A model generated the notes under the pieces. It saw only the letters and a program-made list of their open reading frames with translations, did not search any database and was not told where the DNA came from. A stretch of DNA of 32,000 nucleotides from positions 690,001-722,000 of the forward strand of contig CP065016.1 in NCBI GenBank assembly GCA_016700375.1, read 5' to 3'. Source of the DNA: Candidatus Saccharimonadota bacterium (GTDB taxonomy: Bacteria > Patescibacteriota > Saccharimonadia > Saccharimonadales > UBA4665). A program made the position numbers and the translations under genes. Shown here piece after piece: positions 23,236-31,733 of this stretch; position 1 is the stretch's first letter, and each line of letters opens with the position of its first letter.

Positions 23236-25497
23236 TTAGCGAGCAAGAAATTCGTCTCGCTCAGTAGGCTCGGTAGGTACGCCGTAATCATCAAGGCCTG
23301 CTCCGCTTTCGTCATTCGTAGCGCCCCCTTCGCCAAAAACTTGGTCAAGCGAGCTCACCAGTACATCGCGCGGGCGTGAGCCATCTGCCGCGCCTATGAT
23401 GCCCTGTTCTTCCATTTCCTCCATAAGCCGTGCTGCTCGACCATAACCAATTCTGAGACGGCGTTGCAGTAGCGACGTCGAAGCCTTACGGCTTTCTATA
23501 ACAACGCGTACTGCGTCACGGAACATATCTTCATCGGCATTTGCACCATGGTCGTCAGCTACAACTACCCCGCCCTTACCAAGCTGCACCGGCTGACTTA
23601 CGACTTCGTCGTTGTAGTCTGGCGCACGTTGTTCGCGGATGAAATCGTTCACTTTGACCGTCTCGCCATCGCTCACAAATGCCGCCTGAACACGTTTTGG
23701 TGCGGGCATTTCAGATGTCTGGTACAGCATATCACCCCGGCCGAGCAGCTTCTCTGCTCCCATTTGGTCTATGATAGTTCGGCTGTCTACCTGGCTGACG
23801 GTCGTAAATGCTATGCGAGCGGGAACGTTCGCTTTGATGAGCCCTGTTATAACATTCACACTCGGACGCTGCGTTGCAAGTATAAGGTGTATGCCAGCCG
23901 CCCGTGCTTTCTGCGCCACGCGCACAATGAGTGCCTCGACATCGCGAGCCGCCATCATCATAAGGTCACTTAGCTCATCTATAACGATGACAACGTAGGG
24001 CATTTTTTCTTCTGGCTTAATGAGGTTGTACTCCTCTATATTGCGCTTGCTCACCTCTGCCATAGTGCGCAGGCGACGTTCCATTTCTGCCACCGCCCAT
24101 TTGAGCGCCGATATGCACTTTTCCGGCTCGTGTATAACGGGCGTCAGGAGGTGCGGGAGGTCATTGTACGGCGTTAGTTCAACCTGCTTGGGGTCAACCA
24201 GAATGAGTTTGAGGTCGCTTGGGCTGTTGCGGTATAGCAGGCTCGTCAAGATGTCGTTTATCATGACAGATTTACCAGAGCCTGTCTGACCAGCTACAAG
24301 TAGGTGCGGCATACGCGCTAGGTCGGCAACCACGCTGTGGCCCACTATGTCTTTCCCTATAGCAAATGTGAGCGCACCTTCCGACTCCGCCCACTCGCGT
24401 GATTGGAAAATAGAACTTAGTCGCACCGTTGCGCCCTTTACATTCGGCACCTCTATACCCACCGCCCGTTTACCGGGTATGGGCGCTTCCATGCGGATAG
24501 TTGTGGCCGCTAGGTCAAGTGCAAGGTTGTTTTCGAGCGCGGTAATTTTCGTCAGTTTGACGCCAGTGGGTGGCCGCAGCGTGTATTGTGTGACGCGCGG
24601 ACCGATGTTTGCACCCTCCATTTCCACGTCTATGGCAAAGTTAGCAAATGTTTCTTTGATAATCCGGGCGTTGCCCTCCACATTCCCGGCATCGGCCTTG
24701 TCTTGACGTTGGTCGAGTAGGTCAACCCCCGGCAGCTTCCAGTCGGGATCACTCGCCGTAGTAAGAGCTTCGTGACTTTCGTTTGCGCTCAATTTTTGTG
24801 CAGTATTGCGGAAGTTGGAATGGTGAACCTGTTCCTTCGTCAACGAACCTTCGCTATGCTTCACAACCGGCACACCTTCGTTCAGCTGAAAACCACTCTG
24901 CGCCGCTTTGGCCTTCAGTGCGGCCAGTTCTCCTTCGGGCTCGTCATTTTCGCCACGACGGAATAGCTTACCTAGGTTTAGTAGTACTTTGGGCGATATG
25001 CCAAAAGCAAAAAAGAATGTAAGCAGACCAAACGCAAAAAATAGCAGGCTCGCCGGAACCTTGTCTAGAGCAGAGAGAACAGCATCGCCCACAGCACCAC
25101 CCACTTCACCGCCGTTACCACCCACGATTTGCGTAGCTAGACCCGGCTCATCTTTAACGCTCGCAAACGCCGTAAAGAACCAGGCCGACATAAGTACCAA
25201 AAACATATACATACTAAAAACGCGGCCGCGTGGTACCCGGTGGTCATCGTTCGTAAATTTGTAGTAACCCCAGTACAGCAGGCTTATCGGCACCAGCCAC
25301 GCCCCCCAGCCAAAAAGCCAGCTCATGGCCCCAAAAAGCCCTTTTGGTAGCGTACCACCAGCGTGAAACCCACCTAGAAATATAAAAATTGCCGCCAGTA
25401 TAAAAACTACCGCTAGCACATAGCCCACAACGGGCGATGGTTCTCGCTCAACCGGAGCTGCTGCCTTCTTTTTTGCTTGCTTTTTCTTTTTCGCCAT
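23236..25497 (-). CDS. ftsK: DNA translocase FtsK/SpoIIIE
   Basis: 753 aa with N-terminal TM segments, a linker, a motor domain with Walker A GQTGSGKSV, and a C-terminal gamma (winged-helix) domain. Confidence 0.95.
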   Translation of the reverse strand: MAKKKKQAKKKAAAPVEREPSPVVGYVLAVVFILAAIFIFLGGFHAGGTLPKGLFGAMSWLFGWGAWLVPISLLYWGYYKFTNDDHRVPRGRVFSMYMFLVLMSAWFFTAFASVKDEPGLATQIVGGNGGEVGGAVGDAVLSALDKVPASLLFFAFGLLTFFFAFGISPKVLLNLGKLFRRGENDEPEGELAALKAKAAQSGFQLNEGVPVVKHSEGSLTKEQVHHSNFRNTAQKLSANESHEALTTASDPDWKLPGVDLLDQRQDKADAGNVEGNARIIKETFANFAIDVEMEGANIGPRVTQYTLRPPTGVKLTKITALENNLALDLAATTIRMEAPIPGKRAVGIEVPNVKGATVRLSSIFQSREWAESEGALTFAIGKDIVGHSVVADLARMPHLLVAGQTGSGKSVMINDILTSLLYRNSPSDLKLILVDPKQVELTPYNDLPHLLTPVIHEPEKCISALKWAVAEMERRLRTMAEVSKRNIEEYNLIKPEEKMPYVVIVIDELSDLMMMAARDVEALIVRVAQKARAAGIHLILATQRPSVNVITGLIKANVPARIAFTTVSQVDSRTIIDQMGAEKLLGRGDMLYQTSEMPAPKRVQAAFVSDGETVKVNDFIREQRAPDYNDEVVSQPVQLGKGGVVVADDHGANADEDMFRDAVRVVIESRKASTSLLQRRLRIGYGRAARLMEEMEEQGIIGAADGSRPRDVLVSSLDQVFGEGGATNDESGAGLDDYGVPTEPTERDEFLAR

Positions 25498-25541
25498 AAC
25501 GCTTTTGATTATACTCGATATTGATGTTCTAGTCTAGAATG

Positions 25542-25775
25542 TTACCTATTTTCATCTGGTGTTCCTTCGTATGTCTCTATGGCGTCTACCTGACCCTGCA
25601 TGTCTCTAATATTTCGCAAATGTTCAAACTGTTTAGCAACCTCGTTCATTGCAACAAAACCAACAGAATTTGCAGTTCCAAGTCTTGCAACTTCTATACG
25701 ACTATCGGCGATACCGCCCTCCAGTAGTCTCTGGCGATTTTCTCGAATTATGCCGAATCTCAATGGGCCTGCCAT
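25542..25775 (-). CDS. hypothetical 77-aa protein, translationally coupled to the upstream ParB/Srx-like gene
   Basis: Its ATG (25775-25773) shares one nucleotide with the TAA stop (25777-25775) of the upstream ORF, forming TAATG. No family was recognised. Confidence 0.55.
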   Translation of the reverse strand: MAGPLRFGIIRENRQRLLEGGIADSRIEVARLGTANSVGFVAMNEVAKQFEHLRNIRDMQGQVDAIETYEGTPDENR

Positions 25776-26284
25776 TACTGGTTACCCCCTTGCAAAACAA
25801 CGGCTTGTTCGTCAACAATAACTCCCGGATAAAAATCCATCTCAGAGGAATTTTGAGGTATGCGTACATCAACTTCAATGTGTGTCATATTACCCCCACC
25901 GATAGCGGCAAGCACCCTATGCCTGCCTTCCGCAACCTTATACCCTACATTTCCGTTGGCATCCGAAAATGGGGTTAGTATAATTGGGTCATCTTGGTTA
26001 TAGACCGTTGCCGTAGTGCCCCTTAGCCTGTTCGCATATTCCAAGCTAGCCACTTTTTCACCGCTTGGAAGAGCCTTTACACTGTCGTCCGTAAACGATG
26101 CCATCCCTGCCATAGCCCAAATTTTCCGTAGGGGAACAGAGATCCTCTTTTGCACATCAAAGGCATGGGGTTTTGTCTGAATATCAGCAGATGGAATTTG
26201 AGGATGACCCCAAAGAATGACATACATTTCTGAGCTGCAGCCCAGCCATTCAGTTTTTTCAGTTTTTTTTCTTTTGCCAAACAT
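25775..26284 (-). CDS. ParB/sulfiredoxin-fold (ParB-like nuclease N-terminal domain) protein
   Basis: 169 aa. ISVPLRKIW...DPIILTPFSDANGNVGYKVAEGRHRVLAAIGGGNMTHIEVDV matches the ParB-N/Srx pattern (…Pi.v…y.v.dG.HR..Aa…). The call is from motif recognition only. Confidence 0.55.
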   Translation of the reverse strand: MFGKRKKTEKTEWLGCSSEMYVILWGHPQIPSADIQTKPHAFDVQKRISVPLRKIWAMAGMASFTDDSVKALPSGEKVASLEYANRLRGTTATVYNQDDPIILTPFSDANGNVGYKVAEGRHRVLAAIGGGNMTHIEVDVRIPQNSSEMDFYPGVIVDEQAVVLQGGNQ

Positions 26285-26301
26285 GGTTTTTTGTTACCGA
26301 A

Positions 26302-26344
26302 CTATCATGTTTATATGATAGCAAATTATTGACTATTTGTCAAT
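26302..26344 (-). promoter_or_regulatory. consensus-like promoter TTGACA-N17-TATCAT with two overlapping palindromes (candidate operators)
   Basis: The minus-strand -35 ttgaca is at 26343-26338 and the -10 tatcat at 26320-26315. The palindrome attgac-N5-gtcaat (26328-26344) covers the -35. The palindrome ctatcat-N6-atgatag (26302-26321) covers the -10 and the TSS. Confidence 0.55.
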
Positions 26345-26354
26345 ATGCTTGCTT

Positions 26355-28472
26355 CTAGTCAACTCGGAGATCTTGGTTGAGGAGACGTTCGCGCATGGCC
26401 TGGAAGCGCGCTTGCTGCTCGGCGGCAATCTCTTCTGGTGTTTTCTGTGGTTCTGCAGGTTTGTCTGTTTTGCCCTGGGGAGCTTGTTTTTCGTTTTTAC
26501 CACCTACAATGTTAAGCACCGGTATAACTATTGGGCTGCGACCGGTTTGTTCAAACAAATAGTGCGTAATGTGATCTTTCAGTTCGGCCTTAAACCGGTC
26601 TATGTCGATGCGCTTGTAGCGCTGCTGGACAGCACGGCGAACCTCGTTACGCAGACCATTCATCATATCTTCTTGTTCACGCATATATATGAAGCCGCGG
26701 CTAATGATATCGGGACTCGTAAGCAAGTTGCCCGACTTCTTATCGACAGTGAGTACAACCGCCACTAGGCCTTCTTCGGCCAGAAGCACGCGGTCTTTGA
26801 CCACCACGTTACTGACAATAGCGCCCGTTTGGTCAACGAGTATAGTGCCGCTTGGTACCTCGCCAATAACTTCCATCTTTTCGGGGGTAAGGGCTATAAC
26901 TTCGCCGTTCAGAGCGTTTAGGCAGTTTGCGCGCGGTATACCCTGCTCGATGGCTAGTTCAATATGCCGCTGTTTTACCCGGTATGCGCCGTAGATTGGT
27001 ATGAAAAACTTCGGCTTGGTCATTTGAATCATTTCGGCATATTCGTCGCGACTCGCATGCCCAGATACGTGCAGTGGCCCGACACCGTCAAGGTCGTGGT
27101 TTCGGTGTTCAAACACGTGCACATGCTTTTTCGTAAGGTCGTCAACCATTTGGCCAATAAGCGCATCGTTACCGCTTTCCGGGATTGGTGTACTAGAGAG
27201 AATGACGGTATCTTGCTCTTTTAGTTTTATGTGCCTGTGTTCACCATTTGCCATACGCTGCAGCGCAGACGATGGCTCACCCTGGCTGCCCGTACAGATA
27301 ACAACGACTTTGTCGTCGGTTAGCGCCGGTACAGAAGCAATCGAGACAAACGTACCTTTTGGAATCTTCATAAAGCCATGGCGCACAGCCATTTCGAGTG
27401 TGCTTACCATACTGCGACCGTCAATGGCAATCTTGCGACCATGATGAACGGCAGCATTTACAATCATCTGTATGCGGTTCATGTTTGTACTGAACACCCC
27501 AACAAATATCCGACCCGGTGCCTGATTCATAATGTCAATAAAGCTCTGTTCGATGGTACTTTCGCTCGGCGTACGCCCCATTCGCTCGACTGTTGTACTT
27601 TCACTCAACAGTGCTAGCACACCTTCGTTGCCAAGCTCTATGAGCCGCTCCATGTCGGTGCGTTCGTGGTCGAGCGGGTTCGGGTCAAAGCGGAAGTCGC
27701 CTGTGTTGATTATGCGCCCCACTGGTGTATCGAGTACCACAATAGTGCTACCGGGTATTGAGTGCGTCACCCGCACCAGTTCTACAAAAAATTCACCAAT
27801 CTTCAGGCGCTCGTGGGTGTCTTCGTTCATTTCGACTGTTTTGAGTTCGAAACCTTCTGGCATAGGCAAACCAAAATTCTCAAAAATTTCGTGCACCCGG
27901 CCAATGGTGAACTTACTGCCATATACCGGTGCCGGGAACTTTGGCACAATGTGCGGTAACCCGCCTATGTGGTCAAGGTGGCCGTGAGTGATAATGTACG
28001 CGCGCAGTTTATGCCGGATTGTTTCCATGTACGCCGTGTCGGCTATGCCGTAGTTTATGCCCGGCAAGTCAACACTCAGGTCGTTTCCGGCGTCTATAAC
28101 TACAGCGTCATTCACATACTCTACAAGCATCATGTTTTTGCTCCCGCCGCCGTCCATGCCACCAAGGCCGATGATTTTCAGACGCGGTGAATCGTCTATA
28201 AAGTTTGCCCGGCGATTTTCGTCTACCTGGGCGGGCATCCACTGGTTTGCCACGCGCTGCGCGTCCATTTGTGTCCGCTTTTGTGCCCGCACGGCAGCGC
28301 CACGGCTAACCGTTGGTCGTTTTTCGCCGTTTTGCGGCTGAGACTGGTTCTGCGTAGCATTTCCGCCGCCGTTTTTACCGCGGAAGCCGTTTCCGCCCCC
28401 GTTTCTTCCACCTCGTTGCCCATTTTTCTGGCCATTTTGTGGTCGCTTACCTCTATTTCCTTTGTTGTCCAT
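26355..28472 (-). CDS. rnj: ribonuclease J with N-terminal Gly/Arg/Asn-rich and C-terminal Lys/Glu/Pro-rich extensions
   Basis: 705 aa with the metallo-beta-lactamase motif THGHLDHIGG plus beta-CASP and C-terminal domains. The first ~75 aa are low complexity (GNRGKRPQNGQKNGQRGGRNGGGNGFRGKNGGGN...). Confidence 0.95.
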   Translation of the reverse strand: MDNKGNRGKRPQNGQKNGQRGGRNGGGNGFRGKNGGGNATQNQSQPQNGEKRPTVSRGAAVRAQKRTQMDAQRVANQWMPAQVDENRRANFIDDSPRLKIIGLGGMDGGGSKNMMLVEYVNDAVVIDAGNDLSVDLPGINYGIADTAYMETIRHKLRAYIITHGHLDHIGGLPHIVPKFPAPVYGSKFTIGRVHEIFENFGLPMPEGFELKTVEMNEDTHERLKIGEFFVELVRVTHSIPGSTIVVLDTPVGRIINTGDFRFDPNPLDHERTDMERLIELGNEGVLALLSESTTVERMGRTPSESTIEQSFIDIMNQAPGRIFVGVFSTNMNRIQMIVNAAVHHGRKIAIDGRSMVSTLEMAVRHGFMKIPKGTFVSIASVPALTDDKVVVICTGSQGEPSSALQRMANGEHRHIKLKEQDTVILSSTPIPESGNDALIGQMVDDLTKKHVHVFEHRNHDLDGVGPLHVSGHASRDEYAEMIQMTKPKFFIPIYGAYRVKQRHIELAIEQGIPRANCLNALNGEVIALTPEKMEVIGEVPSGTILVDQTGAIVSNVVVKDRVLLAEEGLVAVVLTVDKKSGNLLTSPDIISRGFIYMREQEDMMNGLRNEVRRAVQQRYKRIDIDRFKAELKDHITHYLFEQTGRSPIVIPVLNIVGGKNEKQAPQGKTDKPAEPQKTPEEIAAEQQARFQAMRERLLNQDLRVD

Positions 28473-28505
28473 ATTACTTTCCTTTTTCTTAACTTAGTTT
28501 CTTAA

Positions 28506-29132
28506 TTAATTTACTTTCTTTAATATCTCTGGAATGAGCGCAAAATCATCCATGAGGGTTTGCCTCATCCCACCGTTATACAAAGCGGCCGCAGGATGGT
28601 ACAAGGGTACAATCACTAGCTCCATCGTGCCACCGCTCTGGCTATTCTTATCTCTTATCTCTTGTCTCTTAACTCTAATTCGTTTTGGCTTGCCGTGATC
28701 CTGGCTTATATGAAGGTCGGGCAGAAACGCTCCGCCGCTGTGCCGCCCAAGTGTCACAATTATCTTCGGCTGGATAATCTCCAGCTGTTCTTGCAAGAAT
28801 GGCAAAAACGCTTTCTTCTCCTCTGGCAAAGGGTCGCGGTTGTTTGGCGGACGGTATTTCACGATGTTCGTAATGTATATGTCCTCACGCTTCATACCGA
28901 TACTCGCGAGCATTTCGTCTAAAAACTTCCCACTTGCCCCCACAAAGGGCTTGCCCTGAAGGTCTTCCTGCTTCCCCGGCGCCTCACCTATAAACAACAC
29001 GTCCGCATCCGGATTGCCCTCCCCAAACACGAGCTGCGTCGCCTGCGCCTGAAGATCTGGGGTGATACCGGCAGACTCAATTCGCGCCTTGAGTTCATGC
29101 AGATTACTCTGCTTATCTCTCTGATTATCCAT
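28506..29132 (-). CDS. udg: uracil-DNA glycosylase, family 4
   Basis: GEAPGKQEDLQGKPFVGASGKFL (GEAPG motif) and a YHPAAALYN C-terminal motif. The start is uncertain (GTG 29150, ATG 29138 or ATG 29132); an AGGTGA SD is best spaced for 29132. Confidence 0.85.
   Translation of the reverse strand: MDNQRDKQSNLHELKARIESAGITPDLQAQATQLVFGEGNPDADVLFIGEAPGKQEDLQGKPFVGASGKFLDEMLASIGMKREDIYITNIVKYRPPNNRDPLPEEKKAFLPFLQEQLEIIQPKIIVTLGRHSGGAFLPDLHISQDHGKPKRIRVKRQEIRDKNSQSGGTMELVIVPLYHPAAALYNGGMRQTLMDDFALIPEILKKVN
28647..28676. repeat. heptamer-periodic pyrimidine tract (copy B), in-frame inside the UDG gene
   Basis: cttatctcttatctcttgtctcttaactct is four imperfect 7-nt units and is 27/30 identical to 3402-3431. 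It encodes ...RVKRQEIRDK... between the HG and YHPA motifs of the UDG. Confidence 0.7.
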
Positions 29133-29135
29133 TAT

Positions 29136-29563
29136 CATGTCACCTGTCACGTTGGATTACCCTGTAACGTGTCACGATTTTTCCTTCGACGTATTAATTA
29201 TCTTTTGTAAGAGCAGTACAAATTTACGTGCGCGATCTTCAAGAGCCAAGTTCTCGTCTGTCTCATTCAACCTTGCTAGAAGCTTCAGCCAGTAAACTGT
29301 TTCCGACGCTTCTTTCTTGGCAATGTAGATTTTGTTGAGAAAATCTTTCTTAGATGAAGCATCTTGTGCCTCTGAGTAATTAGCCCCGATGCTTGTCACC
29401 GCTCGTATGAGCTGATCTTGGATGGATCGATTAACCTTTTGGGACTCAGCATAGCGAATGACAACCACGCTCAAATCGAGCATATCTTCGAGTATTTGCT
29501 TCGTGATTTCGTTTGACATAATCGTTACAAGTTAATTGTTAATCCAAAGTGACAGGTTACATG
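29136..29563. repeat. 24-bp inverted repeats (22/24) bracketing the four-helix-bundle gene
   Basis: 29136-29159 (catgtcacctgtcacgttggatta) matches the reverse complement of 29540-29563 (catgtaacctgtcactttggatta). Each flank carries about 4 copies of the hexamer TGT(C/A)AC, at 29138, 29145, 29163 and 29170, mirrored at 29523, 29549, 29556 and 29563. Confidence 0.75.
29172..29519 (-). CDS. four-helix-bundle protein of the 23S rRNA intervening-sequence protein / Avd-like family
   Basis: 115 aa, all-helical. IRAVTSIGANYSEAQDASSKKDFLNKIYIAKKEASETVYWLKLL matches the family signature (…SI.aNiaEg…s..df..kl.ia.kEa.Et.yWl.l…). Confidence 0.8.
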   Translation of the reverse strand: MSNEITKQILEDMLDLSVVVIRYAESQKVNRSIQDQLIRAVTSIGANYSEAQDASSKKDFLNKIYIAKKEASETVYWLKLLARLNETDENLALEDRARKFVLLLQKIINTSKEKS

Positions 29564-29582
29564 TGACAGGCTAATCAATTAG

Positions 29583-31733
29583 TTATTTCTTATCTAGTTC
29601 TCGAGCGGCGGCTTTCATGCTCAGTTGCAGGCGGCCGCGGTCGTCTATGGCGACGAGTTTTACGGTAACAAGGTCACCTTCTTTTACAACGTCGCTCGGT
29701 TTATTAACACGTTCTTCACTCATTTCACTCACATGCACGAGGCCATCTTTGCCGGGCATAATCTGCACAAAGGCGCCAAAGTCGAGCACGCTCACTACTG
29801 GCTTGTCGACGTATATTTTGCCAACCTCTGGGTCTTCGACAATACTCGCAATCCAGTCCTTGGCTTTTTGAATAGCCACGCCATCTGGGCTGGCAATCAT
29901 AACCGTACCGTCGTCTTTAATGTCGATTTCGGTACCGGTTTCTGCGGTAATCTTTTGGATGGTTTCACCACCCTTACCGATGATTTCACGAATCTTGTCT
30001 GGGTTAATCTGGATACTTTCCACGCGAGGTGCGTATGGGCTCAGTTCTGCCCTCGGTTCGGCAATTGTTTCAAGCATGTGTGCGAGTATGAAGGCACGGC
30101 CATCCTTGCCCTGCGCGAGTGCCTGTGCCAGTACATCGACAGACAAGCCGTGGACCTTCATGTCCATTTGCAGGGCAGTAATGCCTTTGCTTGTTCCGGC
30201 AACCTTGAAGTCCATGTCACCCGCAAAATCTTCGGCGTCAGCGATATCGCTTAGAATGTACGTCTTGTCTCCGTCTACCATCAGCCCCATGGCAATGCCC
30301 GATACCGGTGCCTTCAGCGGTACGCCAGCATCCATAAGGGCAAGGCAGCTACTGCAAGTTGCCGCCATAGAGGTTGAACCGTTCTGGCTCATAATCTCGG
30401 TAACGCTGCGAATGGCATAGGGGAAAACCGCTTCATCGGGCAGTACGGCAAAAAGGGCGCGCTCTGCCAGGTAGCCATGGCCAATCTCACGGCGGCCGGG
30501 GCTGCCGAGGCGGCGCACTTCGCCAACCGTATAGCCAGGGGCATTGTAGTGGTGCATGTAGCGGCGCTCTTCGTTTTTCTCCATGGTGTCTACGAGCTGC
30601 GCGTACGATAGTGGTGCCAAGGTAACAATGTTCATGCCCTGTGTCATGCCACGCGTAAAGAGGCTCGAGCCATGAGCACGCGGCAGCAACCCAACCTCAG
30701 AGCTCAACGGACGAATGTCGGTCAGCTTGCGGCCATCGGGGCGCGTGCCATCCTTGACTATGCCGGCGCGAACATCTTTGTGCAGTGCCATTTGAAAGGC
30801 TTCATCGTACTGAGTGCGTACAACTGTGTAGAGCTCTTCACCTAGCTCTTCAGCAAATGCAACGTGGAACTGCTCTTTGAGCACGCCAATCATTTCGTTT
30901 CGCTCTGGGTACGGCAATCGCAAGTCTTCGCCGAGCTTACCGGCCACCCATTTGTCTACAGCTGCTTGGATTTTTTCGTCTGGGAGGATTAATTCATATT
31001 CGGTGGCTTTCACCCCGACCTTTTTGGCAAGCTCAGCCTGCGCAGCGAGTGCGGGCTTTATAGCTTCCTCGGCAAATTTCAGTGCAGCCACCACTTCTTC
31101 TTCGGTGGCTTCGTTTGCACCGGCCTCAACCATCATGACACCACCTTCGCGGGCGGCTACAACAAGGTCGAGTTTGCTCGCGTTTAGCTCCTCAGCACTC
31201 ATAAATGCTCGGTACTCACCACCATCGGTCATGCCAACGCGCACACCAGCAACTGGACCGTCAAATGGTGCGCCGGTCAGCATAAGGGCTGCGCTCATGG
31301 CAATCATAGCGACCATGTCGGGGCGAAACGCCGGGTCCATACTAAGAACGCTTGCGATGCCCTGCACTTCATTGCGGTAGCCCTTCGGGAAGAGTGGGCG
31401 GATAGGGCGGTCTATAAGGCGGCCAATGAGGATAGCGTCGTCACTTGGGCGACCTTCACGCTTGATAAAACGGCTGCCGCTAATCTTCCCGGCCGCATAA
31501 AACTTCTCTTCGTAATCAATGGAAAGCGGGAAATAATCCATCCCCTGAATAGGCTTCCCTAGCATGGCAGTGCCAAGGACTACGGTGTCTCCGTAGCGCG
31601 CGAGAACGCTTGCGGTGGTGCGAAAGCCAACGCGGTTGACTTCGAGCGTCAGTGTCCGCCCGCAGAACTCTGTCTCGACAACCACAAGGTCTTTGCCGTA
31701 TGGATTGATAGTTTTGGTGGTAATTTGGCTCAT
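29583..31733 (-). CDS. pnp: polyribonucleotide nucleotidyltransferase (PNPase)
   Basis: Two RNase PH domains plus KH and S1 domains. I place the start at ATG 31733 (MSQITTKTINPYGK, with an AAGGAGG SD 6 nt upstream) rather than the ORF-track start at 31823. Confidence 0.95.
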   Translation of the reverse strand: MSQITTKTINPYGKDLVVVETEFCGRTLTLEVNRVGFRTTASVLARYGDTVVLGTAMLGKPIQGMDYFPLSIDYEEKFYAAGKISGSRFIKREGRPSDDAILIGRLIDRPIRPLFPKGYRNEVQGIASVLSMDPAFRPDMVAMIAMSAALMLTGAPFDGPVAGVRVGMTDGGEYRAFMSAEELNASKLDLVVAAREGGVMMVEAGANEATEEEVVAALKFAEEAIKPALAAQAELAKKVGVKATEYELILPDEKIQAAVDKWVAGKLGEDLRLPYPERNEMIGVLKEQFHVAFAEELGEELYTVVRTQYDEAFQMALHKDVRAGIVKDGTRPDGRKLTDIRPLSSEVGLLPRAHGSSLFTRGMTQGMNIVTLAPLSYAQLVDTMEKNEERRYMHHYNAPGYTVGEVRRLGSPGRREIGHGYLAERALFAVLPDEAVFPYAIRSVTEIMSQNGSTSMAATCSSCLALMDAGVPLKAPVSGIAMGLMVDGDKTYILSDIADAEDFAGDMDFKVAGTSKGITALQMDMKVHGLSVDVLAQALAQGKDGRAFILAHMLETIAEPRAELSPYAPRVESIQINPDKIREIIGKGGETIQKITAETGTEIDIKDDGTVMIASPDGVAIQKAKDWIASIVEDPEVGKIYVDKPVVSVLDFGAFVQIMPGKDGLVHVSEMSEERVNKPSDVVKEGDLVTVKLVAIDDRGRLQLSMKAAARELDKK

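Noticed and set aside
29172-29519. Avd-like gene as evidence for a diversity-generating retroelement
   Set aside because: There is no reverse transcriptase and no template/variable repeat pair in the window. The nearby inverted repeats are short flanks, not TR/VR.
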